Of a stretch of 64,000 nt of DNA, positions 41,012-48,922 are shown one piece after another. Origin of the DNA: an uncultured Bacilli bacterium (GTDB lineage: Bacteria > Bacillota_I > Bacilli_A > RF39 > UBA660); the NCBI GenBank assembly GCA_934096075.1, contig CAKOLN010000001.1, positions 79,242-143,241 of the forward strand, in the 5' to 3' direction. Under the pieces are notes generated by a model. That model saw nothing but the letters and a program-made list of their open reading frames with translations, was not told where the DNA came from and did not search any database. Numbering within the stretch: the stretch's first letter is position 1; the number at the start of each line of letters is the position of its first letter. Position numbers and translations under genes: made by a program.

Positions 41012-41890
41012 ATGGTGGTTAAAATGCTTAGTGAAAATACTATATTACTTATAATGGAAAGTTTAGATAAAAAAGAATTTTTAACAAAAAAATTTCTTTA
41101 TGAATTAGAAGAAGTTATATTGTTTTATGATAATTTAAATCTATATTTTAGTGGTTTTGATATAGTAAATAGAATTAATAGTTATACAATAGCGTTTTAT
41201 AATACAAAAACTAAAAAAATAATATTTTGTAAAGATCATATACTAAGTGAGTATGAAGATTTTTTAAAACTGTCACCTGTTGAAGATAATATTATTAGAA
41301 GGAACTTATTTTTTTTACATATCATATTACATGAATTAGTACATGTTTATCAAAAGTTTTTAGTCCATATGAATACGACATATGACGATTTAATAAATGA
41401 TTCATTAATGACTATAGAAGGTATGTTTTCTCCTTACAAATTAAGTAATATTCTTCCAACTAGTATAAATACATATTTAATAAATGATTTTTATCATAAG
41501 AAACATGCGATATTTCCCAATGAATTACACGCTAATGGTGTTGCTTTAGAAATTGAAAATAAAATAATAAAAAAATGTAATTATTCTAAAGAATATTTAG
41601 ATTATACTACGTTTTTAATATCTCATTTACTTGGACAATATAAAATTAAAAGAAATGAAATAATATCACCAATAAGGAGATTTTATAAATCAATTAATTT
41701 ATTAGATAGTTTAAATTATTTAGATTATAGTTTATTTACTGATAGGGAAAAGTTTTTATTTGGTTTAACTGAGAATATAAATGTAATTAATAAAGAAGCA
41801 AGTGAATTATTGTTTTTGTCTAAATCAATTGATTTAAGTGATGCGATAAAAGAATGTTCAAGTCCAATAAAATTATTTTTGAAAAAATAA
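41012..41890 (+). CDS. Hypothetical protein with HExxH motif
   Basis: 292-aa ORF with HIILHELVHVYQ as a candidate zinc-metalloprotease motif and no signal peptide. Confidence 0.35.
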   Translation: MVVKMLSENTILLIMESLDKKEFLTKKFLYELEEVILFYDNLNLYFSGFDIVNRINSYTIAFYNTKTKKIIFCKDHILSEYEDFLKLSPVEDNIIRRNLFFLHIILHELVHVYQKFLVHMNTTYDDLINDSLMTIEGMFSPYKLSNILPTSINTYLINDFYHKKHAIFPNELHANGVALEIENKIIKKCNYSKEYLDYTTFLISHLLGQYKIKRNEIISPIRRFYKSINLLDSLNYLDYSLFTDREKFLFGLTENINVINKEASELLFLSKSIDLSDAIKECSSPIKLFLKK

Positions 41891-41940
41891 ATTATATCTC
41901 TTGAATAAAAACAGATGATTTGATAAAATTAAAATGTAAA

Positions 41941-42112
41941 AAATAAAGGAGCAAACGAAAACTATGAAATTAAATAATTTCTTTTATAACAAAACAATAG
42001 TTTGTTATGGGGGGGGGTTTATTACTAACTAACTCTCATAGTTTTTGTTTTACATTAAATTCATAGGCACAAGTCTATGGATTTTTTCGTGTGTGAGAAA
42101 AGAGGTAAAGGT
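41941..42112 (+). promoter_or_regulatory. Conserved 5' leader, copy 1
   Basis: About 170 nt, about 90% identical to 48757-48922. It contains a GGAG RBS, a uORF (41964-42032), a G9 tract (42009-42017), a hairpin AAATTCATAG-loop-CTATGGATTT plus TTTTT, then the RBS AGAGGTAAAGG of the main gene. Confidence 0.55.
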
Positions 42113-44875
42113 ATGAAATTTATAAAAACAAAAAAGGGTATTTTTTATGGAGTAGTTTTTTTACTAATGATAACATTAGGAGTGAGTTATGGGACTTTTG
42201 TATTTGTATCAAATCCATATAAATCAAGTAATATGTTAATAAGCAATTTATTATATGGAGTTAGTATACAAGAAGAAGGTAGTACAAGCGAAATAGATAA
42301 TAATAAGGTAACAATACCGGCTAAAACTAAAGGATATTTTTATGTAACAATATCAAGTGTAAATAAAATAGATAGTAAATATACTTTGGCTTACAAATCA
42401 ACAAATACGGTGAATGTAAAATATACTGATAGAACTAACTGGAATCCAGAAGGATTAATAAAAGGTTATGATGAAACTACTTATAGTAAGAAAGTAAAAG
42501 TGGTGGTAGATAATACATCAAATACAAGTAGTACAGAGGTAACGTTTGGTGTGTTTGGTGGATATACTTATAATTCATATGAAACAATAAGTTTAGAAAA
42601 TGGCTATTTAACCATAAATGGTCCATATACAGAGGTTATACAAGGAACAAATAGATTAGTTGATATAGTAGAAAAAGATACCTCATGTATAACAGAAGAA
42701 AATAAAACATGTATGTATGGAGGAGAAACTATAAGTAACTACTTACAATACCCAGTGAATGATGATGTTACAAAAAATTTATGGAGAATAATTGGAACAT
42801 ACAATATAGATGGAGAAGTAGTAACAAAGGTAATAAGTATAACAAATGGTATAACGACACAAAGTACGCTGATGACAGATTTAATTAGCTTCTATAATAC
42901 ACTAGAAGAAAAAGAAAAATATGTATATAATACAAATAAATTTAATTGTGATACAAAATGTAATACGAGTAGTTTTACAAATATAGGAATTCTTAATAAG
43001 TATGAATATGATGTTATAGGTGGAGACAATTCATATTTGAAAGAATATGTACCATTTTATATATTAAATAATGGTGAAGTAGAAAATCTATATAGTACAG
43101 AAACAAGTAGTAATTTGAGAGGAAATATATATTTTCAAACAGATGTTAAAGTAACAGGAAGTGGAACAAAAACTGATCCATATAAAGTAAGTAAAGGACA
43201 AGATGTGAATTTAGTAGCTTATACTTTAAATGGAGAATCTACGACGAAAACATATGAATGGTTAAAAACGAATAATGCAATTAATGGAATAAGCTGTGAA
43301 AATGGTTCGGTTGCAGAGTGGGATTATGATAAAAATGGAATATATTTTTCAAAAGTAAATGTTCCTGATTATTGTACAGTAGATTTTGGAGATGGATATA
43401 CAGTGACTTTAAAAGCATTAAATGGTACTGTGACAAGTGCAACATCAATTTCAGTTGGAGAGAATGGAACAGCTTTATTTACAATAACTCCAAATAGTGG
43501 TTATACATTAGATGGCTCAACAGTTACATGTACTGGAAGTGGTTTAGCAGATATAACAACAAGTGGTGTTAAGGTCAGTAATGTAAAAAGTAGTCAAACT
43601 TGTATTATAACATTAGATAAAATAGGTACAAGTTTAGCAAATCATATAATAAATACTTATACAACAAATAATGCAGTAGGTACAAGGACAAGCTTTTCGT
43701 CAGCATTTACAGAAAAAAATAATAAAATATATTCAACAAATAGAACGGAAGATGGAAGTACGGTTTACTATTATGCAGGAAATACAATTAATAACTGGGT
43801 GAAGTTTGGTAAATATACCAAAACTGTAGTAAGAGGTTATGATTCAAGTTCAACAAATATAACTTTACACTATAAGGAATTTAATAGTATGTCTGATTGT
43901 ACTAATGATGAATATTACAAATATAATTGTGAATATGCATGGAGCGCAGGAGACGATATGTATTGGAGAATTATAAGAACAAACGAAGATGGTAGTGTAA
44001 GACTATTATATGCGGGAAATGGTCCAGATACTAGAAACGGTTATATTAGTCCTAGTTTGATTTATAATATTAGTGTTTCAACTTCACATATGGGAGTAGG
44101 ATATATGTATGGGGAAATAACTTCATCTGGTACAGGTAATTATTCTTTAGAAAAGCTAAGAGCAAATACAAATCCTAGTACAGTTAAAATAGCTGTGGAT
44201 AAGTGGTATGTTGATAACATTTTAGATAGTTATGGTAAGTATGTAAGCAAGACAGCAATATATTGTAATGATAAGAGTATTTATTATTCAGGATCTTCAA
44301 GTTTAGTTCCATCAATTTATTCAGGTAGTAGCACTATTTTTGGATCCTATACTAGAATAATTACTGATAATTATTTAACATATAAATGTGGAAGTAATTC
44401 AAGTGGTGTACTTAATGTTACTGCAAGTGATGCGGATAAATTTAATGCATCTAAAGATGACAAATACAAAAATTATGGTAAATTAAATTGTAGTGTTAAT
44501 GGATATATGAATGAAGATTGTCCAGTAGCACTTATGACTGGAGATGAACTTGCATTTGCGGGCGCAAATTTTAACTCGGAGAATGCATCAGCTTGGTATG
44601 CTGTTAATAGTAAAGCCAAATCTGTAAATAATGGTAATGTTTGGTTAACAATGACTCCAGCAAGTTTTAATGGAAATAACAATGGTACAGGTTCACCCGG
44701 AGTTTTGGGTGCAACAGGAGATGGAAGATTAGCTGGTTCACAAACTAATGTAAATAGTATTATACGTCCAGTCCTTAGTCTTAAAGCTTGTGTTAAATAT
44801 TCTAAGGGTGATGGTACGTCAAGTAATCCATACGAAATAAGTATAAATGATGTATGCGCAAATGCTGAAAATTAG
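42113..44875 (+). CDS. Large secreted protein with TasA/camelysin-like N-terminal domain, paralog 1
   Basis: Signal/TM followed by GTFVFVSN (compare camelysin GTFAFFSD). The central region is Thr/Ser-rich. The C-terminal ~330 aa are shared with the 48923 gene: TEDGSTVYYYAGNTINNWVKFGK, YWRIIRTNEDGSVRLLY, YPVALMTGDELAFAG, IRPVLSLK, NPYEI. Confidence 0.55.
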   Translation: MKFIKTKKGIFYGVVFLLMITLGVSYGTFVFVSNPYKSSNMLISNLLYGVSIQEEGSTSEIDNNKVTIPAKTKGYFYVTISSVNKIDSKYTLAYKSTNTVNVKYTDRTNWNPEGLIKGYDETTYSKKVKVVVDNTSNTSSTEVTFGVFGGYTYNSYETISLENGYLTINGPYTEVIQGTNRLVDIVEKDTSCITEENKTCMYGGETISNYLQYPVNDDVTKNLWRIIGTYNIDGEVVTKVISITNGITTQSTLMTDLISFYNTLEEKEKYVYNTNKFNCDTKCNTSSFTNIGILNKYEYDVIGGDNSYLKEYVPFYILNNGEVENLYSTETSSNLRGNIYFQTDVKVTGSGTKTDPYKVSKGQDVNLVAYTLNGESTTKTYEWLKTNNAINGISCENGSVAEWDYDKNGIYFSKVNVPDYCTVDFGDGYTVTLKALNGTVTSATSISVGENGTALFTITPNSGYTLDGSTVTCTGSGLADITTSGVKVSNVKSSQTCIITLDKIGTSLANHIINTYTTNNAVGTRTSFSSAFTEKNNKIYSTNRTEDGSTVYYYAGNTINNWVKFGKYTKTVVRGYDSSSTNITLHYKEFNSMSDCTNDEYYKYNCEYAWSAGDDMYWRIIRTNEDGSVRLLYAGNGPDTRNGYISPSLIYNISVSTSHMGVGYMYGEITSSGTGNYSLEKLRANTNPSTVKIAVDKWYVDNILDSYGKYVSKTAIYCNDKSIYYSGSSSLVPSIYSGSSTIFGSYTRIITDNYLTYKCGSNSSGVLNVTASDADKFNASKDDKYKNYGKLNCSVNGYMNEDCPVALMTGDELAFAGANFNSENASAWYAVNSKAKSVNNGNVWLTMTPASFNGNNNGTGSPGVLGATGDGRLAGSQTNVNSIIRPVLSLKACVKYSKGDGTSSNPYEISINDVCANAEN

Positions 44876-44882
44876 GTGATAT

Positions 44883-45107
44883 ATGATAACAGAAAATGAA
44901 CTTAAAATGATAATAGGAAATAATATAAAGAAATATAGAAAAGAAAAAGGAATTACTCAAAAAGAATTAGCAAGTTTAATTGGAGTAACAACTCCACTTT
45001 TAGGTGCACTTGAAAGTAAGAATATAAGTCAAGGAATAAGTAATTATACATTATATAAAATAGGTAAAACTTTGGATATTCCAGTAAATAAGTTTTTTGA
45101 ACATTAA
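44883..45107 (+). CDS. Small XRE-family HTH DNA-binding protein
   Basis: 74 aa with IKKYRKEKGITQKELASLIGVT HTH. It lies immediately downstream of the TasA-like gene. Confidence 0.6.
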   Translation: MITENELKMIIGNNIKKYRKEKGITQKELASLIGVTTPLLGALESKNISQGISNYTLYKIGKTLDIPVNKFFEH

Positions 45108-45137
45108 AAAATATCTCATTGATTTGAGATATTTTTC
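45108..45137. terminator. Bidirectional terminator hairpin
   Basis: AAATATCTCA-ttgatt-TGAGATATTT sits between convergent genes and is flanked by T-runs on both strands. Confidence 0.55.
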
Positions 45138-45138
45138 T

Positions 45139-45948
45139 TTACATAAATATTAAAATAATTAATCCTAATAATAAAGTATATATACTAAAATAAATTAGAT
45201 TGCCTTTCTTAACAACTCCAATGAACCATCTAAGTGTAAAATAAGAAACTACAAATGATGCAATGAATCCAAGACCATATGGTAAAACTAAATCATGTAT
45301 GTTACTCATTTCTAATAAATCTTTAAATCCTAGAATTGTAGTACCTACACTAACAGGTATATAAAGCATAAATGAATATCTTAATGCAGTATCTCTATCT
45401 AATCCTCTAAATAGTCCGCCTATTAATGTTGAACCACTTCTACTAATTCCTGGGATAAGCGCAATTACTTGTGTTAGTCCAATTACGACTGCGTCTTTCC
45501 AACTTAAATCTTTATCTTTTTTAATTCCTTTAATATTTCTGACTAAGAATAAAAATAGTGATGTTATTAAAAATGATATACCAACTATTTTAATATTACT
45601 TAAAGCACTTTCAATATTATCTTTAAAAAGAAAGCCAACAATTCCAACAGGAATAGATCCTAAAACTATAAGCCAACAATACTTGTAATCTCTTTTAGTT
45701 TCATCGTTCTTGACTTTAAAATATTTAAAGAAATTTTTAATAAGTCTAATTAAATCATCTTTATAAATAAGTAAAATAGCGAGTAAACTACCAAAGTTAA
45801 CAATTATTTCAAAATTTAAATCAATAGTAGTAATACCCATCAATTTTTTTAAAATAAAGACGTGTCCACTAGATGAAACTGGTATAGGTTCAGTAAATCC
45901 TTGTACAATTCCTAATATAATATACTTTAAAATATCTATAAATTTCAT
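45139..45948 (-). CDS. uppP: Undecaprenyl-diphosphatase (BacA/UppP)
   Basis: 269 aa with eight TM segments. The SRSGSTLIGGL and PVSSSGH motifs are typical of UppP. Confidence 0.85.
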   Translation of the reverse strand: MKFIDILKYIILGIVQGFTEPIPVSSSGHVFILKKLMGITTIDLNFEIIVNFGSLLAILLIYKDDLIRLIKNFFKYFKVKNDETKRDYKYCWLIVLGSIPVGIVGFLFKDNIESALSNIKIVGISFLITSLFLFLVRNIKGIKKDKDLSWKDAVVIGLTQVIALIPGISRSGSTLIGGLFRGLDRDTALRYSFMLYIPVSVGTTILGFKDLLEMSNIHDLVLPYGLGFIASFVVSYFTLRWFIGVVKKGNLIYFSIYTLLLGLIILIFM

Positions 45949-46016
45949 ATAATCACCATAATAATTATATTATAAAATTTATATAAAAGAAATAAAATTA
46001 AATAAGGAAGTGTAAA

Positions 46017-46223
46017 ATGATTAAATATTTTTTATATATAATAGGTATATTTTTGATAAGTATAGGTTTGTCTTTTATACTAATAAATTTGAATTTGTTA
46101 ATAACTGGGTATACTTTTTTTGAATATGTAAAGTTTATAATTAGTAGTTTATATTTTTATTATATTATTATAGGATTAATACTTATTTATATATCTATAA
46201 TAAGAAAGAAGGGGAAGAGATGA
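46017..46223 (+). CDS. Small two-TM membrane protein, hypothetical
   Basis: 68-aa hydrophobic ORF with an AAGGAAG RBS. It overlaps the next ORF by 4 nt. Confidence 0.35.
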   Translation: MIKYFLYIIGIFLISIGLSFILINLNLLITGYTFFEYVKFIISSLYFYYIIIGLILIYISIIRKKGKR

Positions 46224-46846
46224 TTTATATTTATGATTTATTGGTTAATTTAAATGAAGAAATAATTGATTTTTATGATTGGGAAGAAACAGATAATTAT
46301 GAACATATAAGAAAATGTTTACTTATGAAAGTAAGTAAAGATGATTATTATAATATATTGTCTAATAATATAATTTTGAATGAAGAATTATTAAAAGATA
46401 TAAAAGGAAAAGCACAAAAATTTAGTGGTAGAAATACTATTGTTATAGATTATATAGTTACTATAACAGATGGAATAAATGCTTTAATGATAAAGTTTGA
46501 TAAAAATGGTTATTCTACACATAAAAGTAAGTTCCTTATAAATGAAGAAATGGAAATAACTTCTTTAAGTGATTCTTTAAAAATATATGATATAAAATAT
46601 ACAATTTTAGATAAAAAAGAAAATAATACAATGACTAGAAAAGAAAAGAGGTTAGTGAATTTAATATTACATGAATTAAATTATATAAAAAATGATAAAG
46701 AAAAAATTGATTATTTATATTATGAGTGGTTTGATACTAATGTAGGTGAAAATAAATTGGATAAATTAATTGAAAGTATTAAATCTTATTATAGTGATAA
46801 ACATCAATATTTTTTAAATGTTTTAGATCTTATTACAAATAAATAG
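46220..46846 (+). CDS. Hypothetical protein
   Basis: 208-aa ORF translationally coupled to the upstream small ORF. Confidence 0.4.
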   Translation: MIYIYDLLVNLNEEIIDFYDWEETDNYEHIRKCLLMKVSKDDYYNILSNNIILNEELLKDIKGKAQKFSGRNTIVIDYIVTITDGINALMIKFDKNGYSTHKSKFLINEEMEITSLSDSLKIYDIKYTILDKKENNTMTRKEKRLVNLILHELNYIKNDKEKIDYLYYEWFDTNVGENKLDKLIESIKSYYSDKHQYFLNVLDLITNK

Positions 46847-46895
46847 TATAAATAATATAAAAAGAGTTCACACTATTAGCAGGAGAGTGAATAGT

Positions 46896-47435
46896 GTGAA
46901 GAAGATTTTAATTATAGTTATGTCATTATTTCTTACAGTAGGTTGTTTTATGGATAATACTCCTTCTAATGAAGTTACTAAGTTATTTAAGAAATATCAA
47001 GCATTAGATGATGCAGTACTTGATGATTTAGAATTTGTAACAGAAGGAATAAATTTAAAGACTGAAAAGCAAAAAGAAAATTATACTAAGGCTATGAAAA
47101 TGCAATACTCTGATATTAAATATGAAATATTAGATGAGGATATTAGTGGAGATGAAGCTACTGTTAAAGTTAAGATATCTGTTTATGACTTTTATAAAGT
47201 TCAACAAGAAGCAGAAGATTATAAGAGCAGTCATAAAGATGAATTTATTATTGACGGAGAATATGATGATGAAAAGTATATGAATTATAAATTAGATAAA
47301 TTAATGAATGCTAGTGAAAGAGTAGAATATACTATAGATGTAGATTTAACTAAAGAAGATGATAAATGGGTAGTTGAACCTTTTGATAAAACTACTTTAG
47401 AAAAGATACATGGTACCTATAATTATGATAAATAG
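46896..47435 (+). CDS. Lipoprotein, hypothetical
   Basis: MKKILIIVMSLFLTVGC has a lipobox LTVGC. GTG start at 46896 with an AGGAGAG RBS. The ORF track starts at GTG 46887, inside the RBS. Confidence 0.55.
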   Translation: MKKILIIVMSLFLTVGCFMDNTPSNEVTKLFKKYQALDDAVLDDLEFVTEGINLKTEKQKENYTKAMKMQYSDIKYEILDEDISGDEATVKVKISVYDFYKVQQEAEDYKSSHKDEFIIDGEYDDEKYMNYKLDKLMNASERVEYTIDVDLTKEDDKWVVEPFDKTTLEKIHGTYNYDK

Positions 47436-47548
47436 CTAATTGGCTATTTTTTCTTGTGTAAAGTTTTTGACATTTGATTTACTACTTTCTTTCTTTATGT
47501 TAAACTATTGTTATGATAATATAGTAGATATAGAAAGGATGATATAAA

Positions 47549-48736
47549 GTGAATAGAATAGGTACTGTAGTAAGAGGTATTAGAACAGGAGTTATAAAAG
47601 AAGGAGATAATCTAAAAGATATAGTTGTTAATAGTATAATAGAAGCTAGTAAAGAAGATAATTTTGAATTAAGTGATAGAGATGTTGTCGCTATTACTGA
47701 AGCAGTCGTGGGTATTAGTCAAGGTAATTATGTTACAGTAGATGAAATAGCATTAGATGTAAAAAATAAATTTAATACTAATCATATAGGTATAGTTTAT
47801 CCTATATTAAGTAGAAATAGATTTGCAGTATTACTTAGTGCTTTTGCTAGAAGTATGGATAAGATAACAATGTTATTAAGTTATCCTAGCGATGAAGTAG
47901 GTAATGATATAATGGATAAAGATAAACTTAGAAAAAGTGGTATACCTATGAATAATTATGTTATTAGTGAAAGTGAATATGAAGAATTATTTGGAGATTT
48001 TAAACATGTATTTACTGGTGTAAATATGGTTGATTTTTATAGAGATTTAGCTAAAAAAGAAAATTGTGAGATAGAATTTATTTTCTCTAATAATCCAGAA
48101 ACTATATTAGATTATACTAAAGATGTATTATGTGCTGATATACATACAAGAGAATATACTAAGAGTATTATAAAAGAAAAGGGTGGTAATGTAGTACTTG
48201 GTTTAGATGATATTCTTAATGTTAGTGTTAATGGAAGTGGATTTAATCCTACATATGGTTTATTAGGTAGTAATAGAAGTACTGAAGAAAGAGTTAAGTT
48301 ATTCCCAAGTCATTGTCAAGAATTAGTTGAAAGTATACAAGAAGAGTTTAAGAATAGAACTGGCAAAACTATTGAAGTTATGGTTTATGGAGATGGTGCT
48401 TTTAAAGATCCAGTAGGTAAAATTTGGGAATTAGCCGATCCAGTAGTTAGTCCTGGTTATACAAAAGGTTTAGAAGGTAGTCCTAATGAAATTAAATTAA
48501 AATATATATCTGATAATAAATTTGCTGATTTAAAGGGAGAAGAACTTAATGAAGCGATAAAGAAAGAAATAAAAGAAAAAGAATCTAATTTAAAGGGTAC
48601 TATAATAACACAAGGAACTACACCTAGAAGATATACTGATTTGATTGGTTCACTTTGTGATTTAACAAGTGGTAGTGGAGATAAGGGTACACCTGTAGTA
48701 TTAGTACAAAATTATTTCAAAAATTATGCTGATTAA
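47549..48736 (+). CDS. CofE/F420-0:gamma-glutamyl ligase-like domain protein
   Basis: The N-terminal IRTGVIKEGDNLKDIVVNSI...SDRDVVAITEAVVGISQGN pattern resembles the CofE/FbiB ligase fold. A longer C-terminal extension follows. Confidence 0.35.
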   Translation: MNRIGTVVRGIRTGVIKEGDNLKDIVVNSIIEASKEDNFELSDRDVVAITEAVVGISQGNYVTVDEIALDVKNKFNTNHIGIVYPILSRNRFAVLLSAFARSMDKITMLLSYPSDEVGNDIMDKDKLRKSGIPMNNYVISESEYEELFGDFKHVFTGVNMVDFYRDLAKKENCEIEFIFSNNPETILDYTKDVLCADIHTREYTKSIIKEKGGNVVLGLDDILNVSVNGSGFNPTYGLLGSNRSTEERVKLFPSHCQELVESIQEEFKNRTGKTIEVMVYGDGAFKDPVGKIWELADPVVSPGYTKGLEGSPNEIKLKYISDNKFADLKGEELNEAIKKEIKEKESNLKGTIITQGTTPRRYTDLIGSLCDLTSGSGDKGTPVVLVQNYFKNYAD

Positions 48737-48756
48737 CTTGAATAAAAATGTAAAAA

Positions 48757-48922
48757 ATAAAGGAGCTAATGAAAACTATGAGATTAAAGGATTTTTTATA
48801 TCATAACAATAGTTTGTTATGGGTGGGGTTATTATTAACTAACTCTCATAGTTTTTGTTTTATATTAAATTCATAGGCACAAGTCTATGGATTTTTTGGT
48901 ACTATAAAAAATGGAGGTAAAG
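48757..48922 (+). promoter_or_regulatory. Conserved 5' leader, copy 2
   Basis: Paralog of 41941-42112. The uORF 48778-48876 (32 aa) has its stop inside the 5' arm of the AAATTCATAG...CTATGGATTT hairpin. The G-tract is interrupted (GGGTGGGG). Confidence 0.55.

Noticed and set aside
42009-42017. The G9 run as a sequencing or homopolymer artefact rather than biology
   Set aside because: This cannot be excluded from the sequence alone. I kept it as a finding because the copy-2 leader has a matching interrupted GGGTGGGG at the same place, and because the tract falls exactly where a one-base change toggles the uORF between stopping before the hairpin and stopping inside it.
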